A stretch of 64,000 nucleotides of DNA from positions 1,917,078 to 1,981,077 of the forward strand of contig OZ245054.1 in the NCBI GenBank assembly GCA_965224715.1. Reading direction: 5' to 3'. Source of the DNA: Spirochaetota bacterium (GTDB lineage: Bacteria; Spirochaetota; UBA12135; COTS27; CAXSBA01). The position numbers and the translations under genes were made by a program. This document shows positions 8,130-17,830 of this stretch, in pieces. Position 1 is the stretch's first letter. Each line of letters begins with the position of its first letter. The notes below the pieces were generated by a model that worked only from the letters and a program-made list of their open reading frames with translations, was not told where the DNA came from and did no database searches.

Positions 8130-10652
8130 TTAATTAGTTTCAGATTTTTTCTTGAAAGGGGTTTTACTATACGATATTTTATTCTTTTCAATAGTGAAGT
8201 TGATAACATCACCTAGCTTGGCTTTCCTTGATATAATCTCATCGGAAAGATAATCTGTGATATGGGTTTGAATCAATCTTCTTAAAGGACGAGCACCAAA
8301 TTTTTTATAGTCAGCATATTTGATAATAAAATTCTTTACTTTATTATCGATATTAACCACAATTTTTTTTTCTTTAAGAAGGTCTTGAAGATCATTCATC
8401 TGTAGATCAATAATTTCATTAAGCATTTTTTCATTAAGTCTTTCAAACACGATAGTTTCATCTAAACGATTGATAAATTCTGGAGAAAAGTTTTTCTTGA
8501 GCTCATCCAAAGTAGTCTGTTTTAATGCCTCATAGCCTTCTTGACTGAGACCTCCTTTCTTAAATCCGATAGGGACATTGTTATTAATCTCTTTACTTCC
8601 TAAATTAGATGTCATAACTATGACCGCATTGCTAAAGTCGACCTTATTTCCAAGATGATCTGAGAGTTTACCATCTTCAAGAATTTGTAAAAAAATATTA
8701 AAAATATCAGGATGAGCCTTCTCAATTTCGTCAAAGAGAATAACAGAATAAGGACGCTGACGAATCAAAGTTGTAAGCTCACCCCCTTCTTGATAACCCA
8801 CATATCCAGGAGGTGATCCAATCAACCTCGAAACTGTATGTTTTTCCATAAACTCTGACATATCTATTTTAATAAGAGCATCACGAGTACCAAAAACAAA
8901 TTCAGTGAGACACTTAACCAACTCCGATTTTCCAACTCCAGTCGGTCCCAAAAACATATAAGAAGCCATAGGACGACCTGGCAACTTTAGTCCAGCCCGG
9001 GAACGGCGATAAGCCTTAGCCAAAGCAGAAATAGCATTCTTCTGTCCCACAATTTTTTTACCTAAGTCCTCCTCCATAGAAAGAAGGCGATGAGACTCTT
9101 CTTTCTCTAATTTATTGACTGGAATTTGAGTCATATTCTTTACTACCAATCCAATATCTTCAACCGTAATCTCGATCTTCTTAGTTTTCTTTTCCTCCTC
9201 CCACTCACCAAGCATCTTTTCTAATTCACTTTTTTTCTTCTTAACCCGATCCCGGAGGAGAGCTGCTTTTTCATAATCTTGCTCCTTGACTACTTCCTTT
9301 TTTTCTTTAGTTAGTTTCTCTATTTCCGTCAACATTTTTTTAGCAAAACTAGGAAGATTAGAGTTACTTAATCTCACTTTGGCACCTGCTTCATCAATAA
9401 GGTCAATAGCTGAATCAGGAAGATATTTGCCCCCAAAATAACGTTTGGCATAATGAACTGCAGCGTTAATAGTTTCATGAGGATAAAGTACATTATGAAA
9501 ATTCTCATAACGATGCTTAAGTCCAATAAGGATATTTATCGCATTCCCTAGAGAAGGCTCTTCAACATTAATTTTTTGGAAACGACGTGAAAGTGCAGAG
9601 TCTCTTTCAACATACTTGCGGTATTCGGAAGAGGTTGTAGCTCCGATACATTGGAGTTCAGCTCGGCTCAGGGCTGGCTTCATAATATTGGAAGCATCCA
9701 TACTGCCTTCTGCACCTCCAGTCCCAATGATGGTATGGACTTCATCAATAAACAAAATAATATTCTTATTTTTCTTTATTTCTGACATGATACTCTTGAT
9801 CCTCTCTTCAAACTCTCCACGATATTTAGTTCCTGAAATACAAGCAGCTAAATCCAAACTTACGACCCTTTTTTCCAAAAGAAGGTCCGGAACATCTCGG
9901 GCAACAATTTTATTGGCCAATCCCTCCACAATTGCTGACTTACCTACTCCGGGCTCCCCAACCAAGATGGGATTATTTTTGCTTCGTCGAGAGAGAATTT
10001 GAATAAGACGATCTATCTCCTTATCTCTCTCAATCACTGGATCTAACATTCCATTCACAGCTAATTCTGTAAGATCACGAGAAAAGCTGTTGAGAGTAGG
10101 CGTAGAACCGCGGTTTGATTTTTTTTCTTTGTATTCCTTGGGTTCATTAAGCACATTTTCTTTGAAATTTGTACTTTGATTATCAAAACCAAGAATCTCT
10201 ACTATAGTTTTTTTTAAATCATTTAAAGTAATATCATATTCATTAAGATAATGAGACACCATTCCATCATTTTCCCGATAGATTCCTAAGAAAAGATGCT
10301 CCACTCCAATATAATAATGGTTAAGAGCTTGAGACTCCTCTGAACTATAACGAAGAACCTTCTCAATTCTTTCAGAAGGTTGGATCTCTCCCAATTTTAA
10401 AACAGGAGTCCCCACCTTAAGCCGATTTTCAATCTGATAGATGATTTTTTCTACATTAACCCCTAAATCCTCTAAGACTTTAAAAGGAATACCTTTACGT
10501 TCTCTAAGGATGCTCAAGAAAATATGCTCAGGCTCTACATATTCTGAGCCGAATTTACGTGCCTCTTCCTGCGCTAAACGATTAATAATCCTTTGCGCTC
10601 GGGCAGTCAGTCCGCTACGATTATTCATGGGATTAGCTTCTTTTTCGCTCAT
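8130..10652 (-). CDS. clpC: ATP-dependent Clp protease ATP-binding subunit, ClpC type (class I AAA+)
   Basis: 840 aa. It has two Clp_N repeats, two AAA+ modules (GEPGVGKS and GPTGVGKS Walker A), a UVR-like linker (EQDYEKAALLRDRV) and an IGF ClpP-docking loop (VPIGFKKG). Confidence 0.9.
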   Translation of the reverse strand: MSEKEANPMNNRSGLTARAQRIINRLAQEEARKFGSEYVEPEHIFLSILRERKGIPFKVLEDLGVNVEKIIYQIENRLKVGTPVLKLGEIQPSERIEKVLRYSSEESQALNHYYIGVEHLFLGIYRENDGMVSHYLNEYDITLNDLKKTIVEILGFDNQSTNFKENVLNEPKEYKEKKSNRGSTPTLNSFSRDLTELAVNGMLDPVIERDKEIDRLIQILSRRSKNNPILVGEPGVGKSAIVEGLANKIVARDVPDLLLEKRVVSLDLAACISGTKYRGEFEERIKSIMSEIKKNKNIILFIDEVHTIIGTGGAEGSMDASNIMKPALSRAELQCIGATTSSEYRKYVERDSALSRRFQKINVEEPSLGNAINILIGLKHRYENFHNVLYPHETINAAVHYAKRYFGGKYLPDSAIDLIDEAGAKVRLSNSNLPSFAKKMLTEIEKLTKEKKEVVKEQDYEKAALLRDRVKKKKSELEKMLGEWEEEKKTKKIEITVEDIGLVVKNMTQIPVNKLEKEESHRLLSMEEDLGKKIVGQKNAISALAKAYRRSRAGLKLPGRPMASYMFLGPTGVGKSELVKCLTEFVFGTRDALIKIDMSEFMEKHTVSRLIGSPPGYVGYQEGGELTTLIRQRPYSVILFDEIEKAHPDIFNIFLQILEDGKLSDHLGNKVDFSNAVIVMTSNLGSKEINNNVPIGFKKGGLSQEGYEALKQTTLDELKKNFSPEFINRLDETIVFERLNEKMLNEIIDLQMNDLQDLLKEKKIVVNIDNKVKNFIIKYADYKKFGARPLRRLIQTHITDYLSDEIISRKAKLGDVINFTIEKNKISYSKTPFKKKSETN

Positions 10653-10992
10653 TATTTTAATTCTAACATTTTTTTATCACTTTTGAAGTATATTTATTTA
10701 TACTTAACAAATTAAATTTAATACACAAAGTTTTTTTTTCAAATTTTTAAACTGATTTTAAAAAAAAAATTTAATAATACAAATACTTAATTTTTTCATA
10801 ACTTATCTTAATAAAAATATTGCCAATTTATATTATATTAAGCCAATTTATTAAAAAATCTGAATCAAACATTTCTTAATTTTAAACAATAAATCACTAT
10901 GACAAAATATTTTGGTAAAAAAGAAAATTCTTTGATACTAAAACATTGTAAAATTATTTAAAGAATCAACCTTTTAATAAAAGGATTTTTTT

Positions 10993-12195
10993 ATGTTTAA
11001 AAAAATTTTTTTTAGTATCTTAAAGAAATGCCCAAACGGTAAACTGAAAATAATTGATAATGGGAAAGAATATTTTTTTGGCAAAGGAAATACTCCTTCT
11101 GCAGAAATTTCCATATTTAACCAGGATGTTTTCAAAGAAACTATTCTTCATAGCGATATTGGTCTAGGGGAAACCTATGTAGCAAAGAAATGGGATACCC
11201 CAGATCTTACTAAAGTTCTTGAATGGTTTATCGGCAATAGAAACTATCTTCCCGATTTATCCCATTCTGATAATCCATTTAAACAAATTCTAAATCAAAT
11301 GTTCAGTTTTTATCAAAGAATAATTGAACTTAATAAGACTAAGAATAGTTTCAAACAGTCTAGGAAAAATATTTCCTACCATTATGATCTTAATAATGAT
11401 TTTTTTGAATTAATGTTGGACAAAACTATGGCCTATTCCAGTGCTTGCTTTGATAATAACAAACAGAATTTATATCAGGGGCAAATCAACAAATTTAAAA
11501 AAATCTCAACTAAACTTCTATTAAAGAAAACCGATCATCTCTTAGAAATTGGAAGCGGCTGGGGTGGTTTTGCCGTTTATGTTGCTAAAAAATATGGCTG
11601 TAAGGTAACTACACTTACTCTTTCTGAGCAACAATACCAGTACGTTAAAACTTTGATCAAGAAAGAAAAATTAGAGAAACAGGTTGAAGTCAGGTTGAAA
11701 GACTACCGAAAAGTAGAGGGCAAGTTTGATAAACTAGTATCTATAGAAATGATAGAAGCTATCGGATATGGTCAACTCGATACTTTCTGTAGAAAATGCA
11801 CTAACTTTCTTAAAGAAAAGGGAATCATGGTTATTCAAATGATTACCTTTCATGATCATAATTTTTCTTTCTATGTAAAAAACATCAACTGGATACAAAA
11901 ATATATTTTCCCCGGATCCCACTTAATCTCTATAGTAGAATTTCTGAATTCTATGCGAAAATTTGGTCAACTCACAGTTTCCGAAATCGAGAGTATCGGC
12001 CAAAGCTATGCCAATACCTTAAAAATCTGGAATAATAATTGCCAAGCCAACCAAAAGAAAATCAAGACTCTCGGATTTGATGACACCTTCTTTCGTAAAT
12101 GGCATTATTATTTGGTTTCTTGTGAAGTCGCCTTTCGCCTGAATTATATCAATGACATACAAATGACTTTGATCAATCATAGAGGTGTGCCTTAA
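10993..12195 (+). CDS. cfa: Cyclopropane-fatty-acyl-phospholipid synthase family SAM methyltransferase
   Basis: 400 aa. YDLNNDFFELMLDKTMAYSSACF and the SAM motif LLEIGSGWGGFAVYVAKKYGCKVTTLTLSEQQ are typical of the CFA synthase family. Confidence 0.85.
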   Translation: MFKKIFFSILKKCPNGKLKIIDNGKEYFFGKGNTPSAEISIFNQDVFKETILHSDIGLGETYVAKKWDTPDLTKVLEWFIGNRNYLPDLSHSDNPFKQILNQMFSFYQRIIELNKTKNSFKQSRKNISYHYDLNNDFFELMLDKTMAYSSACFDNNKQNLYQGQINKFKKISTKLLLKKTDHLLEIGSGWGGFAVYVAKKYGCKVTTLTLSEQQYQYVKTLIKKEKLEKQVEVRLKDYRKVEGKFDKLVSIEMIEAIGYGQLDTFCRKCTNFLKEKGIMVIQMITFHDHNFSFYVKNINWIQKYIFPGSHLISIVEFLNSMRKFGQLTVSEIESIGQSYANTLKIWNNNCQANQKKIKTLGFDDTFFRKWHYYLVSCEVAFRLNYINDIQMTLINHRGVP

Positions 12196-12411
12196 AATAG
12201 CAGTGTTATAATTTACACATTTCAAACTAACGGAAAGGTTCTCCAATTACTGAAATAACTAATTATAAACAACCTTTTTAAAAAAAAGAATCCAATGGTA
12301 CCGGACAAAGTTAGATTAAAAGAATATTCAATATGGTTTGCTTAACAAGTAAAATTGAAAACTAGTATAACAGTCAACTTGAAAAGTTTTTTATTCAATA
12401 TTTTGAGATTC

Positions 12412-12440
12412 TTGACATCGTCTTTCGAAAATTATAGAAT
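12412..12440 (+). promoter_or_regulatory. Putative sigma70-type promoter upstream of folD
   Basis: TTGACA (12412-12417), a 17-nt spacer, then TAGAAT (12435-12440), about 46 nt upstream of the folD ATG. Sequence pattern only. Confidence 0.4.
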
Positions 12441-12486
12441 TTTGGATATACATTTTACATTTCCTATTCCAAACTAGAAAATAAAA

Positions 12487-13398
12487 ATGGCTCAGATTAT
12501 CGATGGACGTGCTCTCAGTAAACAAATACTATCGGAATTGACCAACCAGGTAAATTCTCTTCAATCTCAAGGTAGTCCCATACCAGGATTAGTTACCATC
12601 TTGGTAGGAGAACATCCTGCTTCAAAGTCCTATGTAACCTTAAAAAGCCGGATAGCACAAAAAATCGGTTATTTTCAGATTCAAAAAAATTTACCAATCA
12701 CTGTAACTGAAAAACAACTTATTTCAGAAATTATTCGATATAATCAAGATGACCGCATTCATGGCATTCTAGTTCAGCTTCCTCTACCTAGCCATATCAA
12801 TACTCATAAGATATCGACTATGATTACTCCCCAGAAAGATGTGGATTGTTTTCATCCACATAATCAGGGAGAATTTTTTTCTCAATATCAAGACAATCAA
12901 TTAGTAGCCTGTACTCCAGCTGGAATTATGGAGATATTGAAACGTTCTCAAATACCTACCTCGGGAAAACATGTAGTTATCTTAGGAAGATCTAACCTGG
13001 TTGGAAAGCCAATGTTGATTATGATGTTGGAAAAACATTTTGGTGGAAATGCTGCAGTCACTGCTATTCACTCCGAGGTAAAAGATCTTTCCTATTTTAC
13101 ACAACAAGCCGAAATTTTAATCGTTGCTGTTGGCCGCCCCAAACTTATCACCGCCAAAATGGTTAAAAAGGGAGTTACTGTGATTGATGTTGGAGTAAAT
13201 CGAATTGGAGAAAAAATTAATAGTCAAGGAAAGACAACTCCAATATTATGTGGTGATGTCGACTTTGATGGTATCAAAAATAAGGCTAGTTTCATTACCC
13301 CAGTTCCTGGAGGGGTAGGTCCTATGACCATCGCTATGTTAATGAAAAATACTTGGACAGCTTTTAACAAAATTCATAAGATCAGTCTATCAAACTAA
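12487..13398 (+). CDS. folD: Bifunctional methylenetetrahydrofolate dehydrogenase / methenyl-THF cyclohydrolase
   Basis: 303 aa. MAQIIDGRALS..., VGEHPASKSYV, ILVQLPLP, GRSNLVGKP and TPVPGGVGPMT are canonical FolD motifs. Confidence 0.95.
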   Translation: MAQIIDGRALSKQILSELTNQVNSLQSQGSPIPGLVTILVGEHPASKSYVTLKSRIAQKIGYFQIQKNLPITVTEKQLISEIIRYNQDDRIHGILVQLPLPSHINTHKISTMITPQKDVDCFHPHNQGEFFSQYQDNQLVACTPAGIMEILKRSQIPTSGKHVVILGRSNLVGKPMLIMMLEKHFGGNAAVTAIHSEVKDLSYFTQQAEILIVAVGRPKLITAKMVKKGVTVIDVGVNRIGEKINSQGKTTPILCGDVDFDGIKNKASFITPVPGGVGPMTIAMLMKNTWTAFNKIHKISLSN

Positions 13399-15129
13399 TG
13401 GAATATCTTTAGATATCCCCCTCCTTATAGAAAATTGTGAAATAACATCTTTATCCAATGAATAACTTACAATCTTAGGCAAAACTGGGTCCCTTTTTAG
13501 AACAAATCCCTTAAAAACATTATATTTAAAAAACTGTTTAATATTGTTAATCTGAACAGTTACCCCGCTGTAAACCCCTCCAAAAGTTTTAATTTCATTT
13601 TGATCTAAGTTACTAGCCTTATCTTGAAGCATTATCTCCTTAAGCTCATTTACTTTTATTTCTATTTCTCTCTTATTATTTTGGAGATCTTTAAAGTTAA
13701 AAATTTTTTGTTTAAATTCGATAATTTCATTATCACTAAAAGATTTAGGATTAGTTTTCCAACGTTTAAAAGCACTTTCTACAAGAGGCCTTACTTTTTG
13801 AAGCTTCTGTTCTAATAAAAAAAGTTTATTAGAGTATTCTTCTATAATAACTTTATCACTTTTTGCTTGCTCATTTGCTATAACATGTTTTCCAACTTTA
13901 AGAAAGGTATCGGTCCCAGATATTGATCCAATACTATTGGTTTCAATATAACCTTCTTTTGACTGCACAGAACCCCCAACTATTTCGCCATAATGATTAG
14001 TTCTTACTATAATATTTTTTCGAGCATTAATATCACTATTCAAAGTATACTGTCCAACCCACAAATTTCCCCCCACACTTATCTGAGAATTCGCAACAAA
14101 TTGAACAAAACAGTCACCCCCAACTTTGATCACACTTCTACTATTAATCCCATTGGTTAAAAAAAAATCACCTTCACAATCAATGTTTACTGTTTCTACA
14201 CCTCCTAAAACCACTAAACTTCCTTTTACCTTGATTTCTACATTGGTGAAAATTCTTCCGGTAATAATAACATCTTGGTCTCTTTCAATATTCAGATCGG
14301 TCTTCAAATCTCGATTGATGACCAGACCTTCCTTCACCACCAACTCCCCCCCTTTATTGATACGAAGAATACCATTTTGTAAAACAACGATCTCCCCATT
14401 AGAATCTTCTAGTAAACCCTCACCTTTTTTATAAAAAGCAATGATCCGAGTACAAGGGATTTCTTTACCAAAAACATCCATTCCCTTACTACCTGGAATA
14501 GTTTTCTTGAAGGTACCAACTTTATCTCCCTTATTTACAATATGATAAAACTCAATTTCCTTAGGAGAAAGTACTCGCCTTCCTTCTAACAAAGTAAAGT
14601 TATTTTCGAAATTAAAGTAATCATCAAGAAGAATATCGTTTTCTCGATCAGGAATCATCTTGGATCCTTGATAAAGGATCTTATATCCCCCTGATTTATT
14701 ATGGATTCTAACGCATTCCTTAGCAATTTCTTGGCTAACTATATCTCTAATACCAAAATCATCTATATCTTTATTAACATGCTTTTCTGTTAATGGATTC
14801 TTGGTAAAATCTTGAGCAGGAATAATAATAAAACATATTAATTCTATATCGTTAACAGAAATATAAGGAAGAACTTTGATTTTAGATTCATCAAAATAAA
14901 TAAATCCAGTTTTACGAGCAATATAACACTTCTTACTTTTTAGAAAAAAAACCGTGTCATCAACTACGTATTCCTTATCAGTTTGAAGGACCGGTACACC
15001 TTCCAAAACAAAATTCTTAGAGATTTCTTCTAAGTCAGTATAATTAACTCGACCAAATGAGATTTTATTATAAATCGCTATAATCCCAGGCTCATAAGGA
15101 TAAAAAAAATTCTCTGTCTTCCTTTCCAT
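13390..15129 (-). CDS. DUF342 / FapA-like protein (beta-helix core plus C-terminal coiled coil)
   Basis: 579 aa. The central region has repetitive short beta-strand motifs (VKGSLVVLGGVETVNIDCEGDFFL, VGGDCFVQF, VGGNLWVG). It is followed by a helical K/E-rich tail, matching the DUF342 architecture as I recall it. No search was run. Confidence 0.5.
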   Translation of the reverse strand: MERKTENFFYPYEPGIIAIYNKISFGRVNYTDLEEISKNFVLEGVPVLQTDKEYVVDDTVFFLKSKKCYIARKTGFIYFDESKIKVLPYISVNDIELICFIIIPAQDFTKNPLTEKHVNKDIDDFGIRDIVSQEIAKECVRIHNKSGGYKILYQGSKMIPDRENDILLDDYFNFENNFTLLEGRRVLSPKEIEFYHIVNKGDKVGTFKKTIPGSKGMDVFGKEIPCTRIIAFYKKGEGLLEDSNGEIVVLQNGILRINKGGELVVKEGLVINRDLKTDLNIERDQDVIITGRIFTNVEIKVKGSLVVLGGVETVNIDCEGDFFLTNGINSRSVIKVGGDCFVQFVANSQISVGGNLWVGQYTLNSDINARKNIIVRTNHYGEIVGGSVQSKEGYIETNSIGSISGTDTFLKVGKHVIANEQAKSDKVIIEEYSNKLFLLEQKLQKVRPLVESAFKRWKTNPKSFSDNEIIEFKQKIFNFKDLQNNKREIEIKVNELKEIMLQDKASNLDQNEIKTFGGVYSGVTVQINNIKQFFKYNVFKGFVLKRDPVLPKIVSYSLDKDVISQFSIRRGISKDIPLV

Positions 15130-15173
15130 ATTAAATATTCAATATTTAATATCGGATTTTTTTATCGAAATTT

Positions 15174-15971
15174 TCAGTTATAGTCTTCTTTGTTATTCTT
15201 TCTGATAATTGACCTTTCTTTCGACCCCCTAAGAAAATTTAGAATTTCATCACGAATAGGGTTTGCAGGTAATTGGGCAATAGCCTCTATTCCTTGGGAA
15301 AAAGTACCCTGGTATAAGCAGTGATAAATATGTTTTATTAAATTCCTTTGTTCCAAGTTGAATCCAGCTCTTTTTAGCCCTACGAAATTGATCCCTCGAT
15401 ACCTTCCTATATAGCCCTCTACTAAAGTATAAGGAGGAATGTCATTCCCAACTTTAGATAAAGCCCCCACCATTACCCCTTTCCCAATCCGAACAAATTG
15501 ATGAAAAAGGCATCCCGCTGAAATAAAAGAATGACTATCAACATAAATATGTCCAGCTAAAGCCGTATTACTAACAATAACAACCTCATCAAAAATAGTA
15601 CAGTCATGAGCAATATAAGTATACATCATAAATAGATTTTTATTTCCAATTTGAGTATAACCTCCAGCGGTCGTTGCTCGTTCGACAGTCACAAACCCCT
15701 TGAAATTATTATCATTCCCTATTATAACTCCCGTCTCCAAGGAACAATCGAAGGAAAGACTAGATGGGTCACATCCAAGTATAGTATTCTCTCCGATGTA
15801 ATTACCGTTGCCTATTGATACATTTTTATGAATACTAACCCCCTTAGCAATAATATTGTTCTCTCCTATTTTTACCCCAGAAGCAATAACAACGAAGGGA
15901 TGAATCACTGTTCCATCACCGATGACAACATCCTTCGGTACTACAGCACTGGGATGAATCGAAACCGCCAT
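15174..15971 (-). CDS. lpxA: Acyl-ACP--UDP-N-acetylglucosamine O-acyltransferase
   Basis: 265 aa. It has hexapeptide repeats throughout, IAHDCTIFDEVVIVSNTALAGHIYV, and the C-terminal helical domain GINFVGLKRAGF. Confidence 0.9.
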   Translation of the reverse strand: MAVSIHPSAVVPKDVVIGDGTVIHPFVVIASGVKIGENNIIAKGVSIHKNVSIGNGNYIGENTILGCDPSSLSFDCSLETGVIIGNDNNFKGFVTVERATTAGGYTQIGNKNLFMMYTYIAHDCTIFDEVVIVSNTALAGHIYVDSHSFISAGCLFHQFVRIGKGVMVGALSKVGNDIPPYTLVEGYIGRYRGINFVGLKRAGFNLEQRNLIKHIYHCLYQGTFSQGIEAIAQLPANPIRDEILNFLRGSKERSIIRKNNKEDYN

Positions 15972-15983
15972 AATTAAAATTTC

Positions 15984-16883
15984 TTAGAATTTCCTTTCAC
16001 CAGAATTAGTACTGTAAAACAACTGAAAATCAATAGTAGTGTCACGCACTGAATTGATGATAAGCCGTGCATAGGTATTATTCGATAGGTTTTTCAAGGC
16101 ATAGCTATGTTTCGATACTACCACAAAGTAATTATTAGCTTGGCTATTAACATAATCGTCAACAGGCAGTATAGTGCTTCCTGAAACATAACCTAAAGGA
16201 TTTATCCCAACATTACCTTGAGCCATCATCACATCATGTTGTTCGCTAGTGATATTAGTAGCAAAAACAAAAACTAGAGAGTCACTCATAGAAGTATTAC
16301 TAGAAACTTCCCATTTATCATTATTGATCACTAAGGCCTGATTTTCTTTGATTGTTCCATTGACAATAATAGGAATATGAAGGGCATGAGACGTAGCTAT
16401 TTTTGAGTAAAGCCATCCATTGTTATCATAGAGTCGACCATAACTTTCATTATATCCATAAGCTATAGCAGTAAAATCATAAGTTTTAAGAGATTGAAAG
16501 TTGTTTAAATTGATCGTCACAGTAATCGCATTCAAATAGCTACCCGAAACAGAGGGTTTATCACTGGTTTGGAGGTAATTAGGAATTTCATTAACAGTAG
16601 TAAAATCTCCCATCGTAGCATTATCAATATCAGATTGAAAGTCTGTCCCTGGAGAGCCAAAAAGGAGGACATAATAATCAAAATCCTCATGAGAAGGGAA
16701 ATACATGCCCGAATTGATTGTCATTACCACCCCACTTTCAGTAATCGATAGATCACTGATTTTAGGAGGAGGGTAGCTATAAACTTGAACTGTGCTCTTG
16801 ACATCATAAACGGAACATCCAAACAAACCCCACCAAACCACCAGGGTCCATAAGACAAGTGACCAAACAAGTTGAAACATCAA
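15984..16883 (-). CDS. Hypothetical lipoprotein, distant paralogue of the neighbouring gene
   Basis: 299 aa. It has a signal peptide ending in a lipobox-like LFGC. I recognise no domain. Confidence 0.6.
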   Translation of the reverse strand: MMFQLVWSLVLWTLVVWWGLFGCSVYDVKSTVQVYSYPPPKISDLSITESGVVMTINSGMYFPSHEDFDYYVLLFGSPGTDFQSDIDNATMGDFTTVNEIPNYLQTSDKPSVSGSYLNAITVTINLNNFQSLKTYDFTAIAYGYNESYGRLYDNNGWLYSKIATSHALHIPIIVNGTIKENQALVINNDKWEVSSNTSMSDSLVFVFATNITSEQHDVMMAQGNVGINPLGYVSGSTILPVDDYVNSQANNYFVVVSKHSYALKNLSNNTYARLIINSVRDTTIDFQLFYSTNSGERKF

Positions 16884-16911
16884 AAAAACTATCTCAAAAT
16901 TACATATTTGA

Positions 16912-17817
16912 CTATTTACCTATCCGAGATACACCACCAACAAAGTCAGATAAAATTTCTTTTTTATGACCATAGCTGACAGTAATCTTCTTTTCGTCTA
17001 TTTCTGTCACCCACAAAGCCAGATACTCATCTACTGACGCAGCATTATTCCTAGCTCTCAAAAAATAGATATGGTTACGATAGGGTTTATAAGGCTTATC
17101 ATTATAGGAAAGATCATTTTCAGGGATAGTCTGATAAATTGAGTTAACTGCTCCACCTGGGGCTATGGCGAAAATATAGGAATCATGCTGAGGAAAAATA
17201 AAATAATCCTCTTCTACCATAAGGTCAGCAAAAACATCGACACCAGGACCATTCAGGGTGTTACTGTAATCCCAAGATATGTCATGCTTATAATTAACAA
17301 AAATTGTTTTAATTGCATCGGTACGTCTCCCTGTTCGACTTGTCTCAACCGCTTCAACTACAAAATAATACTTTTCATAATTCATCAAGGGTTTAGAATA
17401 GAAAGATTCGCGATCCATCCCATCCGGAATATCATCGCTAGTTGCATGTTGACTAAATCGAAACCTAATATCGGTCAATGGAATGGTGACATTAGTAGTG
17501 GATTCATTTAAACTAACCTCATAGCTAGGAAGTTCATTGTCAGAACTGATAAACATAATCCTGTCAATCACTTGATCAACATTATTGTTATCACCTACAT
17601 AGATATTATATCCTATAAAATCTGGATACTCATCAGCAGGATAAAATCCCACAATCTCCAAATACAAGGCATCATCCCGATTGTAAACCTCAAGTTCCGG
17701 CTTATTCAAGTTGTTTATATTTACCCCTGTCGAACTGGGCAACCCACAACCATATAAAATAAATCCAATTAAAATAAACCAGAAATTCCAAAGACATGTC
17801 TTCGTTATCATATACAA
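16912..17817 (-). CDS. Hypothetical lipoprotein, distant paralogue of the neighbouring gene
   Basis: 301 aa. It has a signal peptide ending in a lipobox-like LYGC, and the same size and layout as 15984-16883. Confidence 0.6.
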   Translation of the reverse strand: MYMITKTCLWNFWFILIGFILYGCGLPSSTGVNINNLNKPELEVYNRDDALYLEIVGFYPADEYPDFIGYNIYVGDNNNVDQVIDRIMFISSDNELPSYEVSLNESTTNVTIPLTDIRFRFSQHATSDDIPDGMDRESFYSKPLMNYEKYYFVVEAVETSRTGRRTDAIKTIFVNYKHDISWDYSNTLNGPGVDVFADLMVEEDYFIFPQHDSYIFAIAPGGAVNSIYQTIPENDLSYNDKPYKPYRNHIYFLRARNNAASVDEYLALWVTEIDEKKITVSYGHKKEILSDFVGGVSRIGK

Positions 17818-17830
17818 ACAACAATAATCA

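Noticed and set aside
9616-10686. Plus-strand ORFs 9616-10002 and 10441-10686
   Set aside because: They are antisense to clpC and have no independent support.
10953-10992. Hairpin CCTTTT-AAT-AAAAGG plus a T-run immediately upstream of the cfa start codon
   Set aside because: The stem is 6 bp and has only two G:C pairs (4 of 6 are A:T), in a 340-bp AT-rich region where such pairings arise by chance. No upstream plus-strand gene exists for it to terminate.
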